This document shows, one piece after another, positions 48,095-61,960 of a DNA stretch of 64,000 nucleotides. The stretch's first letter is position 1, and every line of letters begins with the position of its first letter. Origin of the DNA: Podarcis tiliguerta (taxonomy: Eukaryota); NCBI GenBank assembly GCA_965153285.1, contig OZ229114.1; one strand, written 5' to 3'. The translations under genes and the position numbers were made by a program. The notes beneath the pieces were generated by a model, which saw nothing but the letters and a program-made list of their open reading frames with translations, was not told where the DNA came from and did not search any database.

Positions 48095-48353
48095 GTTGGA
48101 TCCAGATCTAGCCATGCTTAGAGAAAACACACTGAAATAAATGGCACACATTATCCATCAGGAACTTAAGTCCTACTGATTTCAACGCACCCCTCCAGGG
48201 CTGGGGAGGTTCTGGGGCTCAAAACTCCCATAATGTCCAGGCAGCATAATCAGTGGTCATGGAGGATGGCAGTTATAGTCTCACAATATCTGGAAGGCCA
48301 CAGGTTCCCCATGTGCAGTCTACTCTAAGCATGACTAGGTCTGGCTCAAGCCC
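48095..48353. mobile_element. family B palindromic element interrupted by a family A MITE (~48196-48312)
   Basis: tgggttggatccagatctagccatgcttagag arm versus ctctaagcatgactaggtctggctcaagccca arm, with cagggg..caggttccccat between them. Confidence 0.55.
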
Positions 48354-49343
48354 AGGAGGTAGCAAATATAGCACAAACCCACTTCTCAACAAGGATACAT
48401 ATTTTGTGGGAAAGTATCCAGAGTCTGGCAAATGTACATGTATGTATTTTAAGACACAGATGCTTGCATCTGCATCTTTAAAAAGTAACACTGAAGGTGG
48501 CCTTTAACTGCCCTGAAGTCCCAGACTTGGCAAAACAGCCATTTATCGGATAGAAGAGATTTTGTTACTTAGCCTAGCCCAGACTTTGTTTTATATAAAC
48601 AGAAGCCTATTATCTAGAGAGAATGAGAAGTTGCATTGAACCTCTAAAAGGCCATTAGATAAAACGCTCTGAAGGTATCACTAATCTTGCCCTGGATTTA
48701 AGAGCTAGGTTATTGTTTTTATGCAGTGTTTCAGCATAAAAATCATTGGCAAAAAAACCCCTTAAAAACTGCTGATGAATGTGTTTGTGCTCTGTCAGTT
48801 ACTCCCATTAACTCAAGCCTTCTTGAAACATTTGATGCTTATGTTTTACTCTTTAATCTCTATTTTGCACTAACAAACCTCCAAGAGATTATTGCAGCTC
48901 AACTGTAATTTAGTGATTTCTCTTTTCTCAGCATCACTGTTTGATTATTGCTTACATTGTACACTGTAATTTAAGGACTGCCTCTAGAGACAGTTTCTGA
49001 AGCTCTTCTCACTTTCCAAATTCAGAATTGGCAGAAGTCAGCAGAGTTCAGTTCTACAGCTTGGTCTGAACTTTACCCAAAGGTCACAGAGAGAAATTTG
49101 GAGGTGCTTGACTGGAAGAGCCATCTCACATGACTTAAGATCTTCCATTCAGATAGGTGAATCAATGTAAGAATTCAGTCCTTTAATAAGAAGCCTGAAA
49201 TGATCAAAGCTGCTGGGAAGTCTATAAATTACTATGTAGTAAAACCACCCCGTCGATAATAAGTAAAATTTAATGGTTCAGCTATTCAAACATCAGAATT
49301 TGAGACATTATTTATGGGAGTTGTAGTCCAACAGCATCTACAG

Positions 49344-49480
49344 CAGGGATTTCCAAATTGTAGTCTGCGGACCAGCAGTGGTCCACGAGCTTCATTCAGG
49401 TGGTTAACAGAATGTAAAAATAGACAGAAAAATCTGCCAAGGCCCTCAGCAATTTTCAAGTGGTCTGTGGAGGACTACTG
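49344..49480. mobile_element. hAT MITE nested in a family A MITE
   Basis: cagggatttccaaa...actactg; TSD atctacag/atctagag; host arms at 49313-49343 and 49481-49510. Confidence 0.65.
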
Positions 49481-51426
49481 ATCTAGAGGTACACAGGTTA
49501 GCCACACCTGTCCTATGGTGCTAATGGGTTACAAAGGAAGACAAAACATACAGCCATGAAAATATTGTTAGCACCTCGCCTACCGTATATTGTTATATTG
49601 CTATTGTTAGCACCTAGCCTATAACTTAACTCTCCAAACAAGCTTAATGGTTTACTGTATGTTCACTTTTGTGCCCAATACAGAGAAGCTATTCCTAAAC
49701 TCTAGTGGCATTAGGATGTTAACAGACTCACAGGTTTTCTGTAAAGGGAGACACTTCAATTCAGTTTTAATAAACCCCATTCTGAATATCTTAGTCTAGT
49801 GAAGGTTCACATTCTAGGTATCATGGCTGTTTCTTGGTGGGTCACTGCTATCTAGAACCAGTACAAACAGATTTTACTTTTGCAGGGAACAGACAAAACT
49901 GATACCTCTGAAGGGTCACACACATTGCTTTAAAAATTTCAGCTGCAGGGGGAAAAACACAAATAACTGGAGATTACTTCTGCTTAGTTTCTTAATAATG
50001 ATCTGGAACAACCCCTTTCAGTTTCAGGCTTAATTCAACCCAGGATGTAGTTATTATCTTACAAAACAGGAAACACCCTTAAATAATCATTACATATTGG
50101 GGAACAAAAATATATTGTTTCTTCAATCTTCAGAGGACTTGAAAGCCAATATCTAAATTAAAACTTGGAAGCTGGGTAACGTCACTATCCTATTTTAGGA
50201 GCAGGGCAGACAGGATTTCTTTCTTTTTTATTGTCTCATGAAAATCTCAAAGCAAATTGACAGTACAATTGAAGTGCAAAAATTATTGAGCCTTGAGACC
50301 TTGCTCAAAACACACATTTTGATCTGAACAAAAGACACCAGGAAAGAAGAAGGAGTCTCAGCTATCACCCTCTCCTGCCCGAAACAAACCAGGACTGTGC
50401 CAAGAAAATGCACGTGGCAAAAAGGAGTACTAGGTCCTGGTGGGCTACCCCCTTACCCGCTTGTGATTGGCCAAGAGGGTAACCAGCCAATCAGGATTTT
50501 CATATATATTTTTTCCTTCCCCCCCCTTCACTTCTCACTTTCCTCTGCGCCCCCCTAGCCTCAGGCTATGGCCCCCCATTTACACATTTTTCACCTGGGG
50601 CCTCCTTGGAATATCCTGGGGCTCCCCTAGAATATCCCATGGGGCCCTAGGGGGCCATATGGCCCCCGGTTGGGAAACACTGGCCTTGCCTATATGTAGT
50701 CTATTTGTAGCTGGGCACATCAAAGAGGACATTAATTCAAGACACCATTAATTCAAGACACTCAGTGGAGCATATGCTTGTACAACAAGAACTATGGGTG
50801 GTATACAACTAAGTTCCATTTAAATTAATGGACCTAACTTAGTCAAGTTCCTCTGTTTCAGTGGGTCTACTCTGAGTAAAAGTTAGTTGAAAACACTCTG
50901 TATATTTAAATATAAGCTGATGTCCAACCATCGTAAAACCAAAACATGGTACATACAGCAAATAGCTCCCGAAAAGAGCACACTTGTAGTCATAGCTGTT
51001 TATTTTCTGTTTGTACTTAAGGTAAACCACACATTCCATTTTTAGCCAACATGCAGACACGGAAGCAGACACAACTCAGCTTCGACTGCATGGGGAGCTT
51101 AGAACTATGAAGATCGGAGGAGCATTGGTTCATTACATGTGAACAGAGGATGTGTAGCATACACACACACATACACACACACACACACTGCAAGCACATT
51201 CCAGAATGTACAAAATGGGCCAACAAAAATAGTAGTCAGAACATGAACAAGTGGGGTAGAAGATCCCCCTAAATAACCTGAAAACAAACAAAAAGAATGC
51301 AAGGAAATACAAAGTAGCTTCAGAAGGAGGACTAACTTTACCAGTGTCATGTTGTTCTGACATACATAGAAAATGGCCTTTTACCAAGGTAGAGCATTGG
51401 TTATTCTAACTCAATGCCATCTATAC

Positions 51427-51563
51427 CAGGGCTGGGGTTCCTGTGACCATCAAGCTATCTTGAACTCCAACTCCCATCCGCCTCAGCTAGCATGTTCCAT
51501 GGTCAGGGGTGAGGGAAGCTGTAGCCCAATAATATCTGGAAGGCCACTGGTTTCCCACTTCTG
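51427..51563. mobile_element. hAT-type MITE (family A)
   Basis: caggg..aactcccatc / gggaagctgtagccc..atctggaagg. Confidence 0.6.
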
Positions 51564-52867
51564 ACCCATGCTGAGTGGCAGCAGGGATTTAAGATGGCAG
51601 TCTTTCCCATCCCCAACTTAGAGATGCGAGGACTGTGTCAGCATATAAGATAGTAGCTCTGCCTCTGCGCTACCCCACTCCCAATTACATTTCTGTAGCA
51701 AACTTTAATTAATTATAACAAGGTTTTCTGTATCAAAAGGAGTCTCAGTTGTTTATTCCCAGCTTTACAACCCATGGTTTATCAAGTCTAGAATGACTGA
51801 ACCAGGTCATGAGCTTAATTTGATTCCATTACGGCAAACTCAACCTAGATTAAAAGACCTCTTTGCTTTTACATATGCATGCATGCATGAAATGTGTGTC
51901 AAAGCTTCCATGATTAAAAACTGAACTTTTCCTCATCCTTTTCAACTCCCCACACCCCCAAGACATAAGTGATCAAGAGCGCGCAAAAATATTTCCACCT
52001 TTCTTTTTATTTGTATAACTCTTCTTTGATAATACTGAGACAGAAGATTACTGAGCTGACACATTTTGTTTCCAGAAAGCCCCCATTGTCTGAGCTGAAT
52101 TCAAAAGAGATTTATGTAACATCTACGACGAAAACAGGAGGAAGATGGAAAGCCTGAACAAAAGGGAAAGGAGCTGAAAATGAATATTAAACATGGACTT
52201 TATTCAACCTCCAGTTATTAGGGTTCCCACCTTTTTCATGTAGAGGCAGGAATGAATCTTTCCCAGTCACTACAGTTTTAAGTTGGGGAGATACTTCACA
52301 GGTTCACTTTCATCTGACATACAGCTAGTGAGAGCACCGTGACTTCAGAAGATGCTTCAGTTTCAACTCTCAGAAGCAATGACCCATCCTAAATAGTAAG
52401 AAGAAAGCTTTTTTTGGGGGGTGTGGATTCCTCGTTCTTATAGAATTGTACTACCCATAACAAAAGAGATCAGTTATATGTAGAATGTAAGGCTGCAAGA
52501 TTCGAGCCTACTTGAACTCTGTGCATTTTGAAAGCTTGGTCCAGAAAGCTCAGGTGCTAGCTGAGGTACATTAGGGCCAATTCAGATAATCAGCAACCAC
52601 CTTGTATCCACTTGGCATGTGCCCCACATATTGCGGAAGCTGTCCCTGCTAGCCTCCTTCCATACAGTGAGCTCAGCATCCCTACCGCTCAGTATCTTTC
52701 TGCTTCTGTGAATTTCCATGTAATTGTAAAGGGATACTAAATGCTAGACTTAACCACATGGCTGGAAAGTAAGCTACACTTAGGAGCAGACTACAAACAA
52801 TGGGCTGGTTTGGGTGCAACTCTAAACCCTAGTTTAGCATTATGAAAATTATTATTATTATTCAAAT

Positions 52868-53192
52868 CAATCAATCAATCAATCAATCTTTATTACGGTC
52901 CAGAGACCCAACAAATCGTTACAAATTTGTTACAATTCAGAAAGCCTACCTCCAGGTTAAAAAAGCATTTTGTTCAGACTTAAAGATAGGGATCATTGGT
53001 TTTTGCAACCACCGATAAAAACTTCACCACTGCTAATGTTCTAGCGTTTGTCCGGTCTTCCAATAGGAACCTGACATAGTGAGCCTCTGATTTTCCCAGG
53101 AAAGGTACCAGCAAGGGTAATATCAGTTCAGCCCTGGCTTGCTCATATTTCGCACAGTGCAGCAAAATATGTTTTATAGAATTGATGTCTTG
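52868..53192 (-). mobile_element. LINE 3' end (RTE-X-like) with (ATTG)n tail and 11-bp TSD
   Basis: ORF tail HILLHCAKYEQAR (zinc-knuckle H..C half); GGTC-tctg-GACC hairpin, AATAAA, (GATT)n; TSD attattcaaat at 52857-52867 and 53193-53203. Confidence 0.8.
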
Positions 53193-53203
53193 ATTATTCA
53201 AAT

Positions 53204-53392
53204 TGTTATACTACCCTTCATCCGAGGGTGGTTTACAATACAAAAACACACAAATACATAACAAAGTAACAAACAAAAACAATTACCCCCATTCCAGTCT
53301 GGCACCTAAAGACATGTAACAGAGGAATCGGTGAGCCTCCCTGGGGAAAGCATTCCACAAATGGGGAGCCACCACAGAAAAGGCCCACTCTA
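53204..53392 (-). mobile_element. L2 LINE 3' remnant (its tail continues at 52848-52867)
   Basis: acccttcatcc..gggtggtttacaat; gcattccaca..ggagccaccacagaaaaggccc; reverse peptide WAFSVVAPHLWNAFP. Confidence 0.75.
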
Positions 53393-54029
53393 ATGGAGCA
53401 GGCACACAAAGAATGAGCCTAGCCTCCATTGGAAGGCTATCCCACCATCCTTCGACAGTGACCACAAAGAGTTAGAATGGTTTTGCTTCCATTTCTGATG
53501 CATAGCAATTTGCCATGTTGTTTGAATCCAGACAGCCTGTGGTTAATCCCAACTATGGTTAATCAAAACAAGCCAGCTTCACACCACAGCTTACGAAGCA
53601 GGCTTATTTTTGTTCACCGTAATGAAAATTAACCACAGCTCAGGGTTTGGTTAATCTTACTGGAAACAAAAACTTCTAATCTCCTCACAATCACACCGGA
53701 AAAGCGGGGTTTGGGGGTGGAGGGACCGTGCAAGCCTGGGTTGGGGAAGACTGGAGCCTACTCTGATAAAGCTAAATCATGGTTTACCATTATAATAATA
53801 ATAATAATAAAAAATAAATTTTATTTATATCAAAACAAATCCAGTAAATTGCCACACTGCTCTTCGGTGTCTGAATCTACCCACAGTGGTGACAAAAGCA
53901 TATTGCCCTTTCTCACTGGCCCTCTCCTTTCCAGTCAGCCTGCATGTGGTTTTTCAAAAAGTATCCCTAGTTCATAGCTCATAGATGCACAGTATAGAAG
54001 AATGTTTCTCAGTTTGTTGCAACAGGCCA

Positions 54030-54253
54030 TTACTCAATAGTGAAGCCTATGCTTTGAATGCAGAAGGTCCAAGAATCAACCTCCGTCATCTCTAGTTATA
54101 CTGCCTCAGTTGGGCAATAAAGACCATAGGGTAGGGGTTGAATACCTGTGGCGCTCTAGATGTTGTTGGACTATGCATCCCATCATCCCTGACCATTGGC
54201 CATGCTGTCTGGACCTGATGGGAGCCGTGAGTACAACTCATTTCCCATCCCTG
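54030..54253. mobile_element. tRNA-SINE head (54030-54095) followed by a family A MITE (54127-54253)
   Basis: gctttgaatgcagaaggtcc..; ctagatgttgttggact..cccatcatccctgaccattggccatg. Confidence 0.55.
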
Positions 54254-55196
54254 TTCTAGAGTCACTGGAAGTTAAAATAATGGACAAGTGGAATGTGGTA
54301 TACTGCATCTTCATATGGTCACAGTATGCAACATATGCAAAATTAAACATTTTACCTAAGTTCTTCTGGTGGTGGAAATGACAGTTACATGCTAGGCTAT
54401 GTACTATTGCTGTCCGTCGATGTAATGCAGATGTTTAAACAGTGGTCTGCTAAAGGGATGCCCTTGCCTTTATGTTACCCTTAACACAACCTGGAAGACT
54501 TAAGCCTGGTACTGAAATCCCATTACTGCTCCCATAAAACTAAAGCGCATGATCGCCCTTGAGAGGAGCTGTCCTGAGTTAAAACAGACGTTAACTGGGA
54601 GGACGAGGCAGGTGGTGGATCTAAGGGGGAAGGGGGGAAATGCAGCCACACAAATATACCACAAACATATTTGCAGGAGGGACGGCAGGAACCCATTCAT
54701 TTTAGGTTAAAGGCACTTAAAACCAAAACAAGAACAATAAGGTTCTGACACACATCCAAGATCTTCCCATAATCCAAGCACATTAGACGAAGGCGAGAAG
54801 GCAAAACAGAGAAAGCTCAGGGGACGTGGAAACACCCAGCCGTTCCCAAAATAGGAATAGATCAGATAATCACAGCTGGAACATGCATGGGATTGTACTC
54901 CCTTTGCATACCGTGGCCTAACAATGCCGAGCTCTCACACGCAGCAGTGCAAACAACGGGGTCAGGAAGTCCATTCCTTCACTAAAAATACTATGAGAAA
55001 GAAGGCCGAAAGCAGACTCAGACTCATGCCGCTCACCACCCATTTTCCAGTAGCATAAGACTGAAAAAGCCGGCAGGGGAAAGGCTGTTTCTTTGGAACA
55101 GAAAACTCTGTTCAAGAGGCTATGAAATCTAGGTATCTCCATGGGAAATGAGACCTGGGCCGTGGCAAGCTAAAGGAGAGGGAGTCTCCAGTTTGG

Positions 55197-55282
55197 GTGA
55201 GGGGGATGGACCTGTGGCCCTCCAGATGTTGAGAGTTGGGAGTCAGACAACATCTGGGAGGAACTCAGGTTCCCTATCTCTG
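55197..55282. mobile_element. short family A MITE
   Basis: cctgtggccctccagatgtt / acatctgggagg..caggttccc. Confidence 0.55.
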
Positions 55283-57755
55283 ATCCATTGGAAAGTCCTT
55301 CAAATAACCTTTCAATCTGATTATTAATTTATACAGTGCGTGTATGAGAGTCATATGTGATGATAGACCAGGGATCTGCTAAAGAAGTTGTTGAGAAAAG
55401 CAGTGAACAGGAATGAAAGAATGCAAAGAAGCTGGTGTTTTTTGAGGTTGGGGGTATATTTGTGGGCCATCCCAAACTCCCTTTTCTTATCACAACTGCT
55501 GACCTCTTAAAATCTGACTCACGCCTAGATGCCTTTTGGTCTTTTCCAAGTGAGTCTGTCACAGCAACATACAAAGGGTAATTGATTTCTTAATATATGG
55601 TGCCTTATCTGACAATTTGCCAAGAACCAGAACCTCTCTCTGCGGTCTGCATGCAAATAAAGTGCCTTCTGCACACAAGAGACCCCAAGACGGGACCTGG
55701 CAGCAGGACCACGCAGAAAAATAAAACAACACAAAATTATCGTAAAACCAAATCCTGCCTTAAATGCCTGACAGCTGTAGCCATACACCTGGAGTTCAGA
55801 AAGGAGGATGCCTGTCTAATCTCATCTGGTAGGGACATAGGCTTGGACCCGCCACACTGAATGCAAACAAATGCAAATCTTCAGGTCTATCTTAACTACA
55901 CAAACGATGGGTAGGGCCGGTGATACAGCTGTACAACCAGCCCAGCAGTGGAGCTCTACTTCCCAGTCACTGTGGCAATTAACTTCATGCACATAAAGCA
56001 TGGGTAGCTAAACCTGTGACCCTCCAGGTGTGGTCAAACTAACTCCCATCAGCATGGAGGGAGCTATTATTATTATTTTTAGTGTTGTCGTCTGAAAGCC
56101 AATTCTCTCTCTACTATTTTTCTCAGCAGCTCTTCCATGTACCTGCTGAGAGCATAAAATGGAGGAGGAAGTGGGAATTCAGGTAGGCTGCCCTGTGCTC
56201 CTTGAAGGAAAGATGAGATAAAGATGCTGCTCACATGAAATGGAAAGCTGGAAACAAAAGTCCCCAAAGTTAGTATCCCAGTTCCTCCTCAGGCTTAGGA
56301 ACTAATTCTCCATTCACTGTTTACACATAAAAAAGATGAAACAAATGGCATTCTAATCTTTTAATTACATGAAACACAATGACTTCAGCAACTAGAAGTT
56401 TCCTGCACCACTCAATCGCCCAGGAGTTTTGATCCTGCAGAAAAGTGGGGAAATAGGTTTCTGAACCATTTTTATAGGCTTCTGGGAAAAAAAAATATAT
56501 TTAAAAGGTACTTTATTATTTGATCCTGGTCTTGAATTAGCTCCATGATGGGAAAACAAGCCAATTAGTGTAGGTTTCTGAATTGCGGGTTTATCTGGTG
56601 GGTGTGTGGGTGTGTCTGTGTGTTATGAACTGCTTAGCATTTTATAAATGCTTTTGGTTGGCTAGGAGTTGAAAACACTGCATCCACTGTTCTTCTAGCT
56701 TCCGACATTCTTATGCAGAGGACTCCCACTTCCCCACATGCCCTTTTGAAGGGTTTTCCAGCTTTCCTCTTGAGTAAACAGTGTAAGTCAGAAAGCTTCT
56801 CTCTGAATTGACTCGGCCTATTTTCCCCATTGAAGCTTAAAGCTGTGTTATCAACTGTGGGGTACAAGGGAGTGCAGAGTCTTATTACAGAGGGAAGCCT
56901 AGTTTTATTTGCTTGGATGGACATTGTTTTGCTATGCAGAGTCCCATCACCTATCAAAGACAATTGCCAAGCACAAATGGAGAGGCTGAATCAGCACTAG
57001 TCATTTATGCAGGCAAGAAAATCTTCTTCCAAGGTGCATGATTCCTAAACTGACTGCCTTGGGGACAAACAGGACTCTGCCCAAAACAATTCTCCACCCC
57101 AGTCTTTCAAATGCAGCTGCCGATGTAGACTTTGAACTGCTGCCCATTACAACAGTGTATATCAATTTCATCTTGAGTTAAAAAAAACCCAGCTCCCATA
57201 CTCCAGCTCAAACATCTGAGGTGTTGGGGCCTTTGGCACAACCCCACTGTGCTAGAGGGATGGAAATGATGACAGTGGCAACACTTAGAGGAACAGATGT
57301 TGCACTTATGTGGGGATCTGATCTGGCCAGCTGACTTTTGCATTATTTGTATGAGACCTTCCACTGCCAGGTCATCTGGGCAGGAAGATTCCAGTGAAAG
57401 AAACAGTGAACATCCACACATTTAGAAAGTACATCATCTTCCTACAGTCTTTACCAAGATGAACTTTGACAGCTTGCCCCGAATGCAAACCCCAAATCTA
57501 CTCATCATAATTTACATCAGAAGGGCATCAAAAAGGCAGCAGATGTGAGGCTTTCAGTGTGTTAGGCAGATGTATTTATGGACATGAAGAAGATGCTAGG
57601 GAAGTAGGAATTCCTTCCTGAGCCACCCTCTCATTCGACCGAGATTTTGGATAAATCTTAACTGGAAAAGTCAGAGTATGGACCAGTAGCACCACATAGA
57701 TACAGAATAATATAAACACCCTAGCACTTTAACACTGTTTTGAAGTAAATGCTGT

Positions 57756-57948
57756 GTAAGGTAAAGGTAAAGGGACCCCTGACCATTAGGTCCAGTCGTG
57801 ACCGACTCTGGGGTTGCGGCGCTCATCTCGCTTTATTGGCCGAGGCAGCCAGCATATAGCTTCCGGGTCATGTGGCCACCATGACTAAGCCGCTTCTGGC
57901 GAACCAGAGCAGCGCACGGAAACTCCGTTTACCTTCCTGCCGGAGCGG
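57756..57948 (-). mobile_element. Sauria SINE, 5'-truncated, (ACCTTT)n tail
   Basis: ggtaaaggtaaagggacccctgacc..ccgactctggggttgcggcgctcatctc..ccgggtcatgtggcc..tttaccttcc. Confidence 0.9.
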
Positions 57949-60586
57949 GAAGTTCCTGATCTCTGTCATAGGGGATTCAACTGATGATCAAACACACTTG
58001 TGATTTTGCCTGTTTTACTACAAGGTCATTGTTGAGGCACAGCTGCTAAGCAGCTGTGGAGAATCGCAGGAAGTTATCACTTCAGATCACGCTCATTCTC
58101 ATCGCACAGAGTCATTTCCCCCTTTATCATGCACTTTCACTTGAGCCACTGAGTTAGAGGAAGTTAAAGACGGTCACTCAGATAGGATACATACATCAAA
58201 GCTTGGTGTATCAAGTTCTTCCCATATAGTCATGGGAGATCACTTCCAGTAGCCCCTATGTGTGAGCCAGCGAGCTAGAGCTACTTATTATTTCATTTCA
58301 GCCACCAACTACACAGACCGCACCCATCATTGTATTTGATACAAACAAAAAAGAGACACACGGCATTACACCCAGGCTTGCAATCTACTAAACTAAGGGC
58401 TATTCCCTTTGGATTTGTTCTGAGAACAGAATACACCAACGACTCAGTATTCAAAGTCATCCAGACTGAAACACTGGAAGTTCCTTGGCTTCTGGGTTGT
58501 GACCTGCTGTTACTGTACATTTTGACCATCCAATTAAAAATTGGCAAATCTTTGCAAACAGCTGGAGTTTTTTTTGTTTCGTAGAATGGGAAAAAATAAC
58601 AACCACCCTTCTAGATTTCTCAGCAGCTGCTTTTCAGGAATGCGGAGTTAAACTTCCAGCAGACAAACTTTGAGAAAAGAAGACCCTCTCCTCAACACAC
58701 ACCTCTAGGGGCTGTTTAATATGTTATGATCTACTTCCATGGGTGTAATATCCATATTGGAAAACACCAGTTTGCCTCAATGTGTGACTTCTATGCTACA
58801 TGTGCAAATGAAGGCAGCACCTGCCCAGTACATGAACTTTCAGAATGAACAATGGCGATTGTCTCTGAGCAGGAAATTAAGATGTCTGCATAAGCATTCA
58901 CTTGCAGAGTGTACTGTGACTTCAAAGCAAATGATGAAGTTGTTCGAAGAAGCGACTGAGTACAAGTATATAGTTCAGTCAGTTCAGGTCAGAGCATACT
59001 TTTGCAACAGGAGATGCTGCTGAAATGCCATCCTTCACAATAAGTTCCTACTCAAAGCATACAGTTACATTCCTCAAGTCCTGTCAGATTATGTCACAAA
59101 ATTTTGCAGTGTTATGTTCATACATATATTTTTTTTAAAGGCAAGAAAACCTCCACATATGTAATTTGAAATGTAAATACGTTTTGCAACTCCCTTAATC
59201 GTCAGGGATACCTGGAACCTTGGATTAATGGGAAGTTCAGACAAAGGGAAGCAGTATTTGGGTGTAATTAAACTGCCATGAAACCACAGGGGTGCTATCT
59301 AAGGAAACAATGGTCCTGAATCCTTTGACATCCATCACAAGCAGGGCAAAGGCTCTGCTGACACCATTGTTCACTACATATATACTAGTTGATCTCCAAG
59401 GAAAGCAGATGCAAAAGCAAATAAGGCAGTTTCTTTGACCAGGCAAACTTTTTGGAACTGTAGGATATTCCAAGCCTTTGACTTCTACTTTGTGAGGCAA
59501 ATTATAAAGTTGACATACCTCACCACAATAGACAAATCAAGCCCCAGAGAGCCGGACTTTGAAGGAGAATATGAGGAGAAAGTGACATTGATTCGCCACG
59601 CATCTTATTTATCCCTTCAATTATTTGTGCCATCTGTCTTCAGCATTTGACTCCCACTAGCCCACTCCCACATTCCCTCTTACAATGTGACTGCTCCTTC
59701 CAATTACGTTTAAAGACTGGTATTTATTCATGCGCAGTTTTCAGAATCAATGGCATCCTTTCTTACTTGCAAACTGGCAGGCACCAATTTCAGAAGGACC
59801 ATTGTTTTCTCCCGATGAGGAACTCTTTACACAACTTCTGCAGAATAGATAGCTAGCCCTCTTTGTTTAGAGTGCCAGTGGATCCCTTACAGCAACCCGG
59901 TTGTTCTCAGACTGTCAAAGGGTGAGGATTTCTCTCCAGTATAATTATTCATTCAGTTCTTCCTCCATTCTAATTTACATCAAACACGTCCATCATTTTA
60001 AAAACTGAATTGCCAACAAGAATTTGCAGTTAGATCTTCAGGACTGGCAGGCCAAATGCTGCATATTCAATAAGCATCCTTATTGAAGAGGCAAACTTCT
60101 GATTAAATAACTCCCCAATACCTTAAATAATTTGGTTTCAGCTAAAAGCCTTTGAGGATTTTAACCAGGAACTATTTCCATTAGTGGGAAATCCCTAGGC
60201 AATGTCCACCAGAGGTACCTCTCTGAAAGAATATTTATATAAAGTAAGCTTGAATTAATTTGCCACTTGTTTTGAACACATCTCTTTCAAGGATGCCTTC
60301 ATGAAATTCCCCCATGACCAGTTCAGAACTAACTTCAGTTACTTCCATTGATCCCGATCTCCTCAACATGAATAATGTACCTACAAAAAATAACTTTTCC
60401 TCAACTACAAATTCATTTTCATATTCACATTATCACTCTACCAATTCTTTATTAAAATCTTTATACCTGGCATCAAAAGCCAGAATGTACAGGCACCAGA
60501 CTTGCGGAAAATATTGATCTTTGAATATTCAGCAGATGTCCTCTTAATTAATCTGGGGAAGGGTGTTATTCTTTTAATAGTTATAA

Positions 60587-60833
60587 CAGGGGTAGTCAAC
60601 CTAAAGCCCATGGGCCACAAGCGGCCCACGGGGGTCGTTTAACTGGCCCATGAGCCGCCCCCAAACCAAGCCGCCCGCTCGTCTAGTCCCCGTGTGCTGT
60701 GCTAAACCGGCGCAGCACGGCGGGCAGACTCGCTTCCGCTGCACCGGAAATCGCGTCCGCGCAGACACAGACGCTGGAAATCCGGCCCACAGAGGGATCT
60801 CCACCCAGGCGAGGTAAACCTTGCCGACCCCTG
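60587..60833. mobile_element. hAT MITE, CpG-rich (young)
   Basis: caggggtagtcaac...ttgccgacccctg TIRs; perfect 8-bp TSD agttataa (60579-60586, 60834-60841). Confidence 0.9.
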
Positions 60834-61400
60834 AGTTATAAAGTCCACAGTGAGGGGTTCACTTCACCATTTCAAAACATGGTTACAGAATTATTCCACA
60901 CCACTTCAGTGGCATCTTAAAAAGCCACATTAGCAACATCAGTATTTCTTATTGACAGATTTCTGAAACTCAAGGTATGTGTTACTGACATCAGTTGCAT
61001 ACATTGACTCATTTGATGCCAATAACAATTAGCTGCTTGTTTCAGAGAGGGAGAGGCGGCAGGGAGGTTGATGTGGTGCAGGTGCAGGCATGGGAACATC
61101 GGCAATGAGCCTGGCACTGGGAAGCCAGGTGAGGAGCACAGCCCCACCATGCCCTGCCCTACTGACTAGTCCTCACACACAGAGCCACAGTCGCTTGTGA
61201 GCATGCAGTGGGGCCAGAAGCTTAGAGCAAGGGATTCCTAACACGACAGCTAGAAGGGGACTTGGGGGCTTTGCATTCAAAGACACAATTCTAGGGGTCT
61301 CTCTGCACAGCACACCTGCAGTGCTGGCCATTCCAGCTATGAGGAAGCAACCTGTGTCCCATCCATCCAGAACAAAACTGATCAGGAATATCCCTATGAT

Positions 61401-61666
61401 CAGTGGGTGAATGGGGAACTGTCCCACCTATCTCAGCCTGCCCTCAGCCAACCCCACCTTCCTGCCTTACAAGTTGGCTGGGGGTAGGGATGGCCCTAGA
61501 TATTAGCTTCCTCCTCTTGACCCTGTTTTGCCCTTGTAGAACTCAGCAAGGAGGAGAATGGGGACAAAACATTTGGCTCCACCTGCCATTGATTCTGGCT
61601 CCCCTGGCTCCTATTGGCCTCCCTACCTTAAGCTCTTCCAGTCCCAATGGACACCAGCCACCACTG
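61401..61666. mobile_element. hAT remnant related to 16060-16327, opposite orientation
   Basis: gtcccacc..aacccc, ttggcctccc, agtcccaatgg..ccactg are reverse matches. Confidence 0.5.
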
Positions 61667-61844
61667 CCTAGGATATGTGGCTTCAGAGGATGGCTGGCCC
61701 TGTATCAGAGGGACTGTTTCTCACTTGTGGAAAGTGAAGTGGAGCAGATCAGCACACCCACTGCATTCTGAAACTTGAGGCTCGCACAACAAAATGCAGC
61801 AAGCTAAACTTGTGTGAGTTCCACTGGAATGAATGCAGGTTTTT

Positions 61845-61960
61845 AAGCAGAGCTTGGATGGCCATCTGTCATGGATGCTTTAGTTGAGATTCCTGCATTG
61901 GGGTTGGACTAGATGACTCTTGGGGTCCCTTCCAACTCTGCAATTCCAAGATCCTATGAA
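61845..61960 (+). mobile_element. CR1 3' end
   Basis: ttggatggccatctgtca...ggggttggactagatga..gtcccttccaactct..ctatga. Confidence 0.7.
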
